Assembly (NCBI GenBank): GCA_029775965.1
Contig: JARVJU010000004.1
Span: 26,524-90,523, forward strand
DNA: 64,000 bases
Source of the DNA: Nitrososphaeria archaeon
Lineage (GTDB): Archaea > Thermoproteota > Nitrososphaeria > Conexivisphaerales > DTJL01
Direction: 5' to 3'
Below, in pieces: positions 9,205-17,861 of the stretch. The notes below the pieces were generated by a model. That model was given only the letters and a program-made list of their open reading frames with translations, did no database searches and was not told where the DNA came from. The position numbers and the translations under genes are program-made. Position 1 is the stretch's first letter, and each line of letters begins with the position of its first letter.

Positions 9205-9704
9205 TGCTCTAAAGATCTAACCATCAGATACGCATCTTCCCCGTCCCTATAATAGTGCCTTAGTCTGTCTGATACCTTAAAGCCTAATGAATTATATAAT
9301 GCGATGGCATTAGAGTTGGTTATGCGCACCTCAAGGAACACTTCTTTGCACCCCTTTTCCTTCATCGCCTTCATTCCTTCCTCCATTAAAATCCTACCGA
9401 GACCCTTATTCCTGTGCTCCTCCAACACAGCTACAGAGACGACATGACCCTTTTTGACAAGACTGAAACCCTTGATATTAGAGAAGCCGAATTCTATCCT
9501 GTTTATGATGTATCCTACTACACTTTCTCCCTTAGTAGCCACAAGGAATCCTTCAGGGAAGCCTTCAAGTAGTTCGTAGTAAAAATCATTTGAGTAATGT
9601 TCGGGTAATGCTCTTAAGTTTATATCAATAACCTGTCCCATCTGCTCTGGCATGCATCTTCTTATTTCATAGCCATCTATGCTCCGTAATACAGCCGATT
9701 GCAA
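9186..9704 (-). CDS. GNAT N-acetyltransferase (RimI/Ard1-like N-terminal acetyltransferase)
   Basis: VVSVAVLEEHRNKGLGRILM is the acetyl-CoA Q/RxxGxG/A motif. 172 aa. The last six codons and the stop lie inside the IS right-end hairpin. Confidence 0.8.
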   Translation of the reverse strand: MQSAVLRSIDGYEIRRCMPEQMGQVIDINLRALPEHYSNDFYYELLEGFPEGFLVATKGESVVGYIINRIEFGFSNIKGFSLVKKGHVVSVAVLEEHRNKGLGRILMEEGMKAMKEKGCKEVFLEVRITNSNAIALYNSLGFKVSDRLRHYYRDGEDAYLMVRSLEQSTTHE

Positions 9705-9972
9705 TACTTGTCACTTTATCCAGCTGTATACCCAGCTCACCATTTTAAATATTGGGGAGTAACAGTTTCAATAGCATACATCGCCTACAATCCTAGCTTT
9801 TGAATGTTGTTATGCTACTAGAATGTATGCAATAAACATATGCTTACTATATAGTTGTTTTTCATCTTGATGCTTCTATGCAAGAAGACATTTCTTCCTG
9901 AGATACTTAATTTGCATAACTCTAACATTCCAGCGAACTGTTTAAGTTAGTGAGTATCTAACTTCTAGATGC

Positions 9973-11055
9973 ATGGCTTCAGAGCTCGAATCCATAGAGG
10001 AAACGACAAAGAAAATATTCAATGTATCAAATACCTATTACACACCTAGCGGTATGCTGGAGTTTAGTTTGACAGAAGAGGAAGATTATTCTTCACGTTT
10101 TAGCATTCTCATATCGGAGTTGAAAAAAAGAGGATATCTAGCTGTCCTACGGAAATCTAATTCTTCCGTGACTCTCAGCGTATTTAAAGTTCAACCTCAA
10201 AAAGATGGAAACCTCTATCTGCTACGCGTACTACTCTTGCCAGTAGCCATACTAACGATAATCATAGATGGGTGGTTCAGGTCACAGTTCCTATATCCTC
10301 TTGGCTCCATCCGCATAGTCATTACGGATACCGCAATCTATGGAATTCTTCTTCTCGGAATATTAGGATCGCATATGCTTGGACACTATATTTCAAATAG
10401 ATTCTGGGGTGTGAAGACAAATCTTCCATACTTTATCCCTGGTGTACCCATGGTCTTTCCTACGCTTGGGCACATAGACTTTCTTCATGAACGGTATACG
10501 AATTGGAATTCACAATTTGATTCGTCTGTAGTAGGTGCTCTTTTTTGTCTTCTTGCATCTATTGTAGCGCTCTTTGTAGGGATATTTGATACGAGAGTTA
10601 TGACTACAGAGATGGCAAGTTCTTTGTTCGGCTCAACAATACACAACGTACAACTGCCCATAGGGGTTGTCTATCTGCTAAACCATTTCTTTCCCGCTGG
10701 GCCTGGTCAAGTGCAGCTCTTATCCCCTTTACTTTCTGCAGCCAGCTTTGGGTTTCTGATATCTTTTCTTAATATTATACCGCTCTGGAATTTTGACGGC
10801 GAAAGAGCTGCAGCTCCGTTGCTTAATCCTAGGTACAGGTTTAGTATCACATGGATAGCTGTGTTAGCATTCCTTCTTATGCAGTATTATTGGCTTGCCT
10901 TCGCCGTCTTGGTGTTTTCCTGGAACGTAAGGGATGTTAGACCGCTAGATGAAGTTTCACCTATCTCGCCAAAAAGGAAGATAATTCTGTTCATTGTTTT
11001 AGCTGTAGCTGTCATAACCTTTTACTTATTCTTATACCCTCCATACATTAGCTGA
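9973..11055 (+). CDS. M50 (site-2 protease) family membrane protein with HMLGH in place of HExxH
   Basis: Cytoplasmic N-terminal domain followed by multiple TM helices. GSHMLGHY at the HExxH position. NIIPLWNFDGERA matches the NxxPxxxxDG zinc-ligand motif. Confidence 0.6.
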   Translation: MASELESIEETTKKIFNVSNTYYTPSGMLEFSLTEEEDYSSRFSILISELKKRGYLAVLRKSNSSVTLSVFKVQPQKDGNLYLLRVLLLPVAILTIIIDGWFRSQFLYPLGSIRIVITDTAIYGILLLGILGSHMLGHYISNRFWGVKTNLPYFIPGVPMVFPTLGHIDFLHERYTNWNSQFDSSVVGALFCLLASIVALFVGIFDTRVMTTEMASSLFGSTIHNVQLPIGVVYLLNHFFPAGPGQVQLLSPLLSAASFGFLISFLNIIPLWNFDGERAAAPLLNPRYRFSITWIAVLAFLLMQYYWLAFAVLVFSWNVRDVRPLDEVSPISPKRKIILFIVLAVAVITFYLFLYPPYIS

Positions 11056-12109
11056 CCCTAGTTGTCATCATAAACGACGCATGTGGTAAAATAGTGGATT
11101 TGAGCCTCCATCCATGTTTTGATTCTATTGATTCAAACGCCTCCTTCAACGAGGAATGTGCTATAAAACCAAGTCGTCTTTCAACTATGCTCTTCGGCAG
11201 TATAGAAACCAAGTGTACGTTTGCAGTAGACCTCAAAGATTCTAGAATAAATCCTTCAGAGCTGCTTCTTTGAGGTGCCATATTGTCAGCTGCAGCTCTG
11301 AGCTCCTGCGAGCCAAGACCTTTACCGCATTCAGCAACTACTACAATCTCTGCATCCTTTGGTATGATTGACATATTATTGCCTGCAGTAATTAGAGCAC
11401 TTGAAAGGGTAGAATCTAGGCCCAAGCCACCGCACCCCAAAATTACAAGTCTTGACCCTTTGGCCTTGATCTGCCTTTTATTATCGATAAATTCCTTTAT
11501 AGATGACCTTACACTGGATGCATCTCCATATGCAAGATGAGCTATTCCTGACGGAGAAGGCACATATTCAAATGATACTAATTTTTTTAGGTTGGAAACA
11601 ACCTTCTCTGCGAACCAAAACGCATCAGTGTCTTTGCCTGATTCCACTGTCTTTCTCCATCGTCTGATCATTTGTTCTCTCAGTCCAATCGTCTCTGCGA
11701 TGAATGGAATTGTGCCATAATACCCGTAAATAGGATGAAAAGATCCCATAGATACAACCAGTATGCTCTGATCGATAAGGGGTGAGGGAAACCTTATCAT
11801 GCTACCGTCAACCGGGCCAACTTCTACGCTTTGGGCATCATTCCATGCATTCTCAATATCATAACCTGAAAATATTTTCACCGTCTTTCCTGCCTCGCCC
11901 CACGTTGATATTAGCTCATGAACAATCTTCTTGGAGTATTCAAATTGATCATGAACTATTATATCAGGTACACTAACAGCAGCTAGTTTTGATCTTAGAC
12001 TCTCCTTTTCTATAGCTTGATTATCTATATCTATAATTTCCCCAAGCTGTTCTGCCTTAACGTTTATCACTACTTCTACATTTCCATAAGGCATCCAAAT
12101 TTCGGGCAA
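11048..12109 (-). CDS. DUF2088 / LarA-N-terminal-like domain protein (divergent)
   Basis: MPYGNVEVVINV and SFHPIYGYYGTIPFIAETIG resemble the LarA yG...l.ip and H.faGfsGG.K..PG blocks. It is shorter than LarA, and the D.TR block is not conserved. Confidence 0.4.
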   Translation of the reverse strand: MPEIWMPYGNVEVVINVKAEQLGEIIDIDNQAIEKESLRSKLAAVSVPDIIVHDQFEYSKKIVHELISTWGEAGKTVKIFSGYDIENAWNDAQSVEVGPVDGSMIRFPSPLIDQSILVVSMGSFHPIYGYYGTIPFIAETIGLREQMIRRWRKTVESGKDTDAFWFAEKVVSNLKKLVSFEYVPSPSGIAHLAYGDASSVRSSIKEFIDNKRQIKAKGSRLVILGCGGLGLDSTLSSALITAGNNMSIIPKDAEIVVVAECGKGLGSQELRAAADNMAPQRSSSEGFILESLRSTANVHLVSILPKSIVERRLGFIAHSSLKEAFESIESKHGWRLKSTILPHASFMMTTRVS

Positions 12110-12199
12110 TTGACTATTTCCCTTGCATCATGTCTGCAGTAGCGATTAAATAAACAATCTAACGTAATGCTTTTGATGGTAATACTTCTTCCCTAGTGT

Positions 12200-13564
12200 A
12201 TGACAGAATACGACTCTCTAGAAGAAAGGATACAGAAAAGAAAGGAATATTATATTACTCAGCTTCAGAGACTTGTTAGGCAACCAAGTGTATCGGCAAA
12301 GAACGAAGGAATTAGAGATTGCGCACTATTGCTGAAAGAGATTATGGAAGAGCATGGAATAACCACAAGACTCTTGGAAATACCTAACGCTAACCCTGTT
12401 GTGTACGGCGAGGTGAGGGTTAGAGGAAGCTCAAAGACACTACTCTTTTACAACCATTATGATGTACAGCCTGCTGAACCAGTTGAGCTCTGGAGATACC
12501 CTCCTTTTTCAGCTACATTAATCGATGGAAGAATCTATGGGAGGGGTGCAGCAGATGATAAGGGCGAAATACTATCAAGACTTGCAGCTGTTGATGCATA
12601 CCTTGCTTCAGGTAAGGATCCGCCTTGCAGCTTCAAGTTTGTGATAGAGGGAGAAGAAGAGATAGGTAGCATAAACCTACCAAGATATGCAGAAAAATAC
12701 AGAGACCTCTTCCAAGCTGATTCTGGTATCTGGGAATTTGGAGGCATAGATAATAGAGGTAGGCCCATAGTTTCGCTAGGTATGAAGGGGATACTTTATG
12801 TAGAATTATTGGCAAAAGGACCTGCAAGGGATCTTCATTCCTCTCTTTCTGCAATAGTAGAGAATCCTGCTTGGAGGCTTGTTAGGGCTATATCTTCATT
12901 CAAGGATCACAAGGATAACATATCTATCAAGGGCTGGAATGACAGAATAAGGAAGTTGACAGAAGATGAGAAGAGACTACTTGACACCTTTCCCTATGAT
13001 GAGGAGGAAGTTAAAAAGAGCTATGGTATAGCTAGTTTCATAAATGACCTTTCCGGATACGCATTGAAGGAGAAACTGTATACTCAGCCAACATGCAATA
13101 TATGTGGTATCTGGTCCGGCTACCAGGGTCCTGGTTCAAAAACTGTTCTTCCGAGCGAAGCACATGCAAAACTTGACTTCAGGTTGGTCCCAGACCAGGA
13201 TCCCGAAGAGCTCTCCTTGCTGCTGAGGAAACATCTTGACGAAAATGGGTTCAGTGATGTGCAGATAGTCTATAAGGAAGGAGAGCCTGCTGCAAGGATA
13301 AGTCACAAGGAACGCATAGCTATAGCTGCAGCCAAAGCAGGAAAGAAGGCGTACGGAGTAGAGTCCATACTTTCTGTATCTTCTGCAGGCACAGGGCCTA
13401 TGTACATATTCTCAAAGGAATTAGCTGTACCTTGCGTAGGTATAGGAACAGGCCATCCGGATGATGCACAGCACTCACCTAACGAGAGTAAAAGGATAGA
13501 TACCTTTGTTAACGGAACAAAATGGGTCGCATACACAATTCAAGAGTTTGCTTCCTCTTCGTAA
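12200..13564 (+). CDS. M20 family metallopeptidase (dipeptidase/deacylase type)
   Basis: NHYDVQPA, GRGAADDKG, EGEEEIGS and a C-terminal GTGHPDD..HSPNE. All are typical M20 metal-ligand blocks. Confidence 0.8.
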   Translation: MTEYDSLEERIQKRKEYYITQLQRLVRQPSVSAKNEGIRDCALLLKEIMEEHGITTRLLEIPNANPVVYGEVRVRGSSKTLLFYNHYDVQPAEPVELWRYPPFSATLIDGRIYGRGAADDKGEILSRLAAVDAYLASGKDPPCSFKFVIEGEEEIGSINLPRYAEKYRDLFQADSGIWEFGGIDNRGRPIVSLGMKGILYVELLAKGPARDLHSSLSAIVENPAWRLVRAISSFKDHKDNISIKGWNDRIRKLTEDEKRLLDTFPYDEEEVKKSYGIASFINDLSGYALKEKLYTQPTCNICGIWSGYQGPGSKTVLPSEAHAKLDFRLVPDQDPEELSLLLRKHLDENGFSDVQIVYKEGEPAARISHKERIAIAAAKAGKKAYGVESILSVSSAGTGPMYIFSKELAVPCVGIGTGHPDDAQHSPNESKRIDTFVNGTKWVAYTIQEFASSS

Positions 13565-14142
13565 TCGCTAAATAAGAACTTCATAAGCTGATCTATCAGC
13601 CTTTGTGTCATTCCCCAGATTATTTCTCCTTGATAGATATACCCAGTTCTCTTCACAGCACTTTCTCCCGAACTCAGTAAGAACTCAGACTTTATCAGTT
13701 CTTCCAGTGGTACCCAAAAAAATTTTTGAACTTCATCAGTTGGCGACGGGAATATCTCTCTATCTATGAAGGCTACAAAAGGAACTACCTTGACTTCTGG
13801 ATGATTCCCGGGAGAGACAGGGTCAAGATATCCAATTATCTTCACCATCTGGCATATATTGACTCTTGTCTCTTCAAAGAATTCTCTGCATGCAGTTGCA
13901 TCTAGTGTTATATCTTCTGTTTTGAATCTTCCCCCAGGAAAGGCAACCTGTCCTGACCATGGATCGGATGAGCTTGTTGCTCTTTTTTCTAGCAGAGTAA
14001 GATGCTTCCCATCATTCCTGCGGATCAATATCAAGACAGCTGCATCATCAGGTCCTGCACCCTTGGGCGCTGAGCTAGGCTGCTTCAAAACGGATGCAAT
14101 TTTCCGCTCTATCTTTAGCTCTTTTTTGTCTTCCTGTCTCAA
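13540..14142 (-). CDS. Nudix hydrolase, CoA pyrophosphatase type
   Basis: Nudix box GGRFKTEDITLDATACREFFEETRV, preceded by the CoA-type motif LTLLEKRATSS..WSGQVAFPGG. Confidence 0.7.
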   Translation of the reverse strand: MRQEDKKELKIERKIASVLKQPSSAPKGAGPDDAAVLILIRRNDGKHLTLLEKRATSSSDPWSGQVAFPGGRFKTEDITLDATACREFFEETRVNICQMVKIIGYLDPVSPGNHPEVKVVPFVAFIDREIFPSPTDEVQKFFWVPLEELIKSEFLLSSGESAVKRTGYIYQGEIIWGMTQRLIDQLMKFLFSDYEEEANS

Positions 14143-14262
14143 TTGTTTTTGCTTACAAAAAACATGGAAATAAAACTATCTGTACATATCAGATCATTCG
14201 AAAATATGGTTGAAAAATAATTTAGGAAAAGTTTTAAGTAAGATACTGGGCCGAGAGAGTCC

Positions 14263-14871
14263 ATGCCAAAAAAATATGAACTTCCTCCGTTACCGTATAA
14301 GTATAACGCACTGGAACCTTATATTTCTGAAAAAATAATGCAGTTCCACCATGATAGACACCATGCAGGTTATGTCAATGGTGCAAACGCAGCTCTGGAA
14401 AAGCTCGAAAAAGCGAGAGCAGGTCAGCTACAGGTAGACATAAGGGCTGTCTTGAGGGATTATAGCTTCAACGTTGATGGCCATAAACTGCATTCCCTCT
14501 TCTGGCCGAACATGGCCCCTCCAGGTAAAGGGGGTGGAAAGCCAGGAGGTGCAGTAGCCGATCTAATCCAGAAGAGCTTCTCAGATTTTGATAAGTTCAA
14601 AACACAATTTAGCGATGCTGCAAAGCAGGTTGAGGGTTCAGGCTGGGCTCTTCTTCTGTACGAGCCAGAGCTTGACGAGCTAGTCCTGACTCAGGTTGAA
14701 AAACAGAACTTTATGCATCTTGCAGAATTACCAATACTGCTTGGACTTGACGTGTGGGAACATGCATATTACATAGACTATGGTCCTGATAGGGCGAAAT
14801 ATGTAGAAAACTGGTGGAATGTTGTAAATTGGTCGGATGTTGAGTCAAGGCTTTCTAAGGCAAGAAGGTAG
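14263..14871 (+). CDS. sod: Fe/Mn superoxide dismutase
   Basis: LPPLPY..ALEPYIS, HHDRHH, and DVWEHAYYIDY near the C-terminus. Confidence 0.95.
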   Translation: MPKKYELPPLPYKYNALEPYISEKIMQFHHDRHHAGYVNGANAALEKLEKARAGQLQVDIRAVLRDYSFNVDGHKLHSLFWPNMAPPGKGGGKPGGAVADLIQKSFSDFDKFKTQFSDAAKQVEGSGWALLLYEPELDELVLTQVEKQNFMHLAELPILLGLDVWEHAYYIDYGPDRAKYVENWWNVVNWSDVESRLSKARR

Positions 14872-15097
14872 TAAATCTTCATAACAGGTTGACGTATGTA
14901 AGAATTCTTGCTACTCATTTCACTTTCCATTTTTGGAGAATTGAATTAACTCGAACCTGCTTGCCAATTTTGAAAAGAACCCTTTTTCGTTTTGACGTCT
15001 TATTCACTCAAAAAAGAATTCCATATGCTTGCATTCGAGACTCTTAAAATAGTTCGCCTGATCACGAACGCAAGCCAAGTTTACGCCCCTGATAAGG

Positions 15098-16780
15098 TCA
15101 ACCGTACCTGTACCTTACTCCGTGACCATCAAGTTCGTGCGTAAATGTAACCATCTCCTCAGGTCCTATGACGCCACATGTACCACACGCTACACAGGCC
15201 ACATGGTCGAATCTCAGCTCAGATTCTGCTATATCCTTGAATGTCTCGCTCATAGCTAGCTGATATCCTTTATCACCTGCCTTGCTGCCGAGCGATGAAA
15301 GGTTATGAAGAAAGAGGTCTCTGTACGAAGCGAAGACCCCTTTTTTACTGAATATTGTATAGCAGTTCATGGGGCAGGCCGGTACCCACGGTTTAAGAAC
15401 GGACTTACTACATAGATCTGTATTCACCTTTATGTGAGAATAATACTTATCTTCGTCATAGGTGAGTAGACCTGTTCCTGACTGCACTCGCTGGATGGCA
15501 TCTAGGTTTGCATTCTGTTTATATTGATTCTTTTCCTTTTGTACACCTTTACCGAAGGAGATAACTAATTTAGGAAAGAGTCTATATGCGAGAAAACTCT
15601 CGGACATGATGCTATCTCTTCTCGAATAATTAATATCTCTATAGATGGGTGCTAGGGATTGTTTGTAGAGTGATAGAACCTTCTTGTCAAAAGAATTCTG
15701 CCTATACGCATGCATTATAGTTTCAGCGGCCATTATTCCCGATGCTATGGCCCTGCGCATACCATCTATTAGTGAACCGACCTTCACAAAAGTTCCCAAA
15801 GCATCTCCAGCGACAAGAAAACCATCTGTGTAAGGTGTTGAGAGCATTGTTCTGTATCCTTTCGGTATATTATGAGCCGAGTATTCTACCAGCTGTGCAC
15901 CATCAATCATCGAGCCAACTAGCGAAGTTGATTCAAGTCTGTCCTGAGCGTCCAGCAGCTTACCTATCTCATTAAATCTTGTTGTAGTTGTCTCTATCAT
16001 AGATGTCATAGAAGCAACTATTCCCACAGAAAGAGTGTCATAATTTGTATATACAAAGGCGCCACCATGTATTCCGTACATAAAGTCTCCCATCAAAAAG
16101 ATGGCAGAGCCTTCTCCCTGATTCAGTCCAAATCTTTTCTCTATTGTAGAGCTGTCAAGCTTGTAAACTCTCTTTATCCCATGATACAGGTCTTCGGGTT
16201 TTAACCTTTCTCTGAGTCCAGCCTTCTCAAGAAGGTTTGAAGTGACTCCTGAGCAATCAACTACAACCCTAGAAATGACATCTCCTCTTTGAGTTGAAAC
16301 ACCTGCTACTCTTCCTTGTTCTACGATGAGGTCGGTTACAGTTGATTGAGTAGAGAGCATAGCTCCAGCCTCGACTGCTTTTAGAGAAAACCATCTGTCG
16401 AACTTTCTCCTAAGAACTGTATAATCATGACCTGACTCGCTGGGTATTTTAGCTAGGCCCAACTTTGACCATAGAGAGCTTTTTGTCATTCTGTAGTATT
16501 TTGTAAGTTCTCCTTTTTTATCAGTGGAAACGACATAGATTTCGTGCTTCATTATCTTTCGCTCAAGCGGCGCTTCTTTCTCAAATTCTGGAATTAGGTC
16601 CGTCAAGCCATAGGGGGGTATAAAATTCCCATAAAGCACGCCACCTGTTACGTTCTTTTCACCTGGTATCTTTGCCTTCTCAAGCATTAGGACATTCAGC
16701 CCGTTACGGGCTAGGGTTATTGCGCATGCTGACCCTGCTGGACCAGCCCCAACTATTACTGCATCGAACTCAGGCTGTAT
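15098..16780 (-). CDS. fixC: ETF:quinone oxidoreductase FixC fused to a FixX-like ferredoxin domain
   Basis: FDAVIVGAGPAGSACAITLARNG (FAD Rossmann motif) lies upstream of the first ATG at 16687. The C-terminus CPMNCY...ACVACGTCGV..GVRYRYG is FixX-like. The start is set at ATA 16780 (see findings). Confidence 0.75.
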   Translation of the reverse strand: MQPEFDAVIVGAGPAGSACAITLARNGLNVLMLEKAKIPGEKNVTGGVLYGNFIPPYGLTDLIPEFEKEAPLERKIMKHEIYVVSTDKKGELTKYYRMTKSSLWSKLGLAKIPSESGHDYTVLRRKFDRWFSLKAVEAGAMLSTQSTVTDLIVEQGRVAGVSTQRGDVISRVVVDCSGVTSNLLEKAGLRERLKPEDLYHGIKRVYKLDSSTIEKRFGLNQGEGSAIFLMGDFMYGIHGGAFVYTNYDTLSVGIVASMTSMIETTTTRFNEIGKLLDAQDRLESTSLVGSMIDGAQLVEYSAHNIPKGYRTMLSTPYTDGFLVAGDALGTFVKVGSLIDGMRRAIASGIMAAETIMHAYRQNSFDKKVLSLYKQSLAPIYRDINYSRRDSIMSESFLAYRLFPKLVISFGKGVQKEKNQYKQNANLDAIQRVQSGTGLLTYDEDKYYSHIKVNTDLCSKSVLKPWVPACPMNCYTIFSKKGVFASYRDLFLHNLSSLGSKAGDKGYQLAMSETFKDIAESELRFDHVACVACGTCGVIGPEEMVTFTHELDGHGVRYRYG

Positions 16781-17861
16781 GGTCGCTCCCCTCTATCTTA
16801 CTAATCATCATGGGTAAAAACTCGTACAAGTCCTGTACTATAGGGTAGTGGGCTATTTGAAATATGGGTGCCCTTGGGTCTGTATTTACTGCGACTATCT
16901 TCTTTGATTTTTGCATACCAACTCTATGTTGTATGGCCCCGCTAATTCCAAGAGCTATATACACATCTGGACTGACCGTAGTTCCTGTTTGGCCGACCTG
17001 ATTATCATGAGATATCAGACCTTCAAGCTCTTTAAGTCGTGCGTTTATTAGCGCTCGACTTGCTCCAATTTCAACCTTGAACGCATATTTCTTTTCTATT
17101 GCTTGTTTTAGCTTAAATGCATACTCATATGCTTCCTTTGGATTTCTGGAGTTTCCCTTTGCGTCATGAAGTATACCAAGACCCAAGCTGATGATGACGT
17201 TCGCAGCCTTAAGGTCCAGCTTTGGTTTTTCAAGCTGTTTCATCTCTGTTATTGTAGCTGGGTAGCTGTGCGAAAATGTAGCATCAAATCTCTCTATCTC
17301 CCCTTGCTTGTTGTAATTTGCCTCCAAGGGTTTGAAGTTACCTGGTCTTATAGTTGCCATCTGAGGCCTACAGGTAGGGGTGAATATCTTTGCTATTCTT
17401 GTGCCAAAATCGGGCCTTATCTGAACTAGTAAATTATCATAATTCTGCTTTAGCATAGGATTGTAAAAGTTCCCTATATCAAGCTCTATAGTTCCTGTAG
17501 CCAGACCCGTCTTGAGTCTATAGGCAATCCTTGGAGCAAGGTCTTTACCTATTTCATTTTCCACAAAGATAAAAGCGTACGGCCTTCTATCCCTAGCTAG
17601 CTCAGTCAGAGCATCTATATATGCTAAATTAAAATAGGTGTTGAGTGTTTTATCGTCACAGTATAGCACCTTATCTGCACCATACCAAATAGCTTGTTGG
17701 AGTAGCTCTTTGTTTCCGGATCCAAGCAATATCCCAACAAGCTTCTGTCCAAGTTTGTCTGCAACCTTTCTTCCTGCTGAAAGAACCTCAAGCGAATCCT
17801 TGCTTAAAGAAGAGTCTTCACTTTCCAAGTATACCCATATATCATTGTACCCGTTGATCAT
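16770..17861 (-). CDS. etfA: electron transfer flavoprotein, alpha subunit
   Basis: VGQTGTTVSPDVYIALGISGAIQH is the FAD-binding signature. 363 aa. ATGA overlap with etfB. Confidence 0.9.
   Translation of the reverse strand: MINGYNDIWVYLESEDSSLSKDSLEVLSAGRKVADKLGQKLVGILLGSGNKELLQQAIWYGADKVLYCDDKTLNTYFNLAYIDALTELARDRRPYAFIFVENEIGKDLAPRIAYRLKTGLATGTIELDIGNFYNPMLKQNYDNLLVQIRPDFGTRIAKIFTPTCRPQMATIRPGNFKPLEANYNKQGEIERFDATFSHSYPATITEMKQLEKPKLDLKAANVIISLGLGILHDAKGNSRNPKEAYEYAFKLKQAIEKKYAFKVEIGASRALINARLKELEGLISHDNQVGQTGTTVSPDVYIALGISGAIQHRVGMQKSKKIVAVNTDPRAPIFQIAHYPIVQDLYEFLPMMISKIEGSDHTA
16787..16793 (-). promoter_or_regulatory. Shine-Dalgarno-like GAGGGGA upstream of the putative ATA start of fixCX
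   Basis: GAGGGGA, then 6 nt, then ATA. It lies inside the 3' end of etfA, consistent with translational coupling. Confidence 0.4.
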
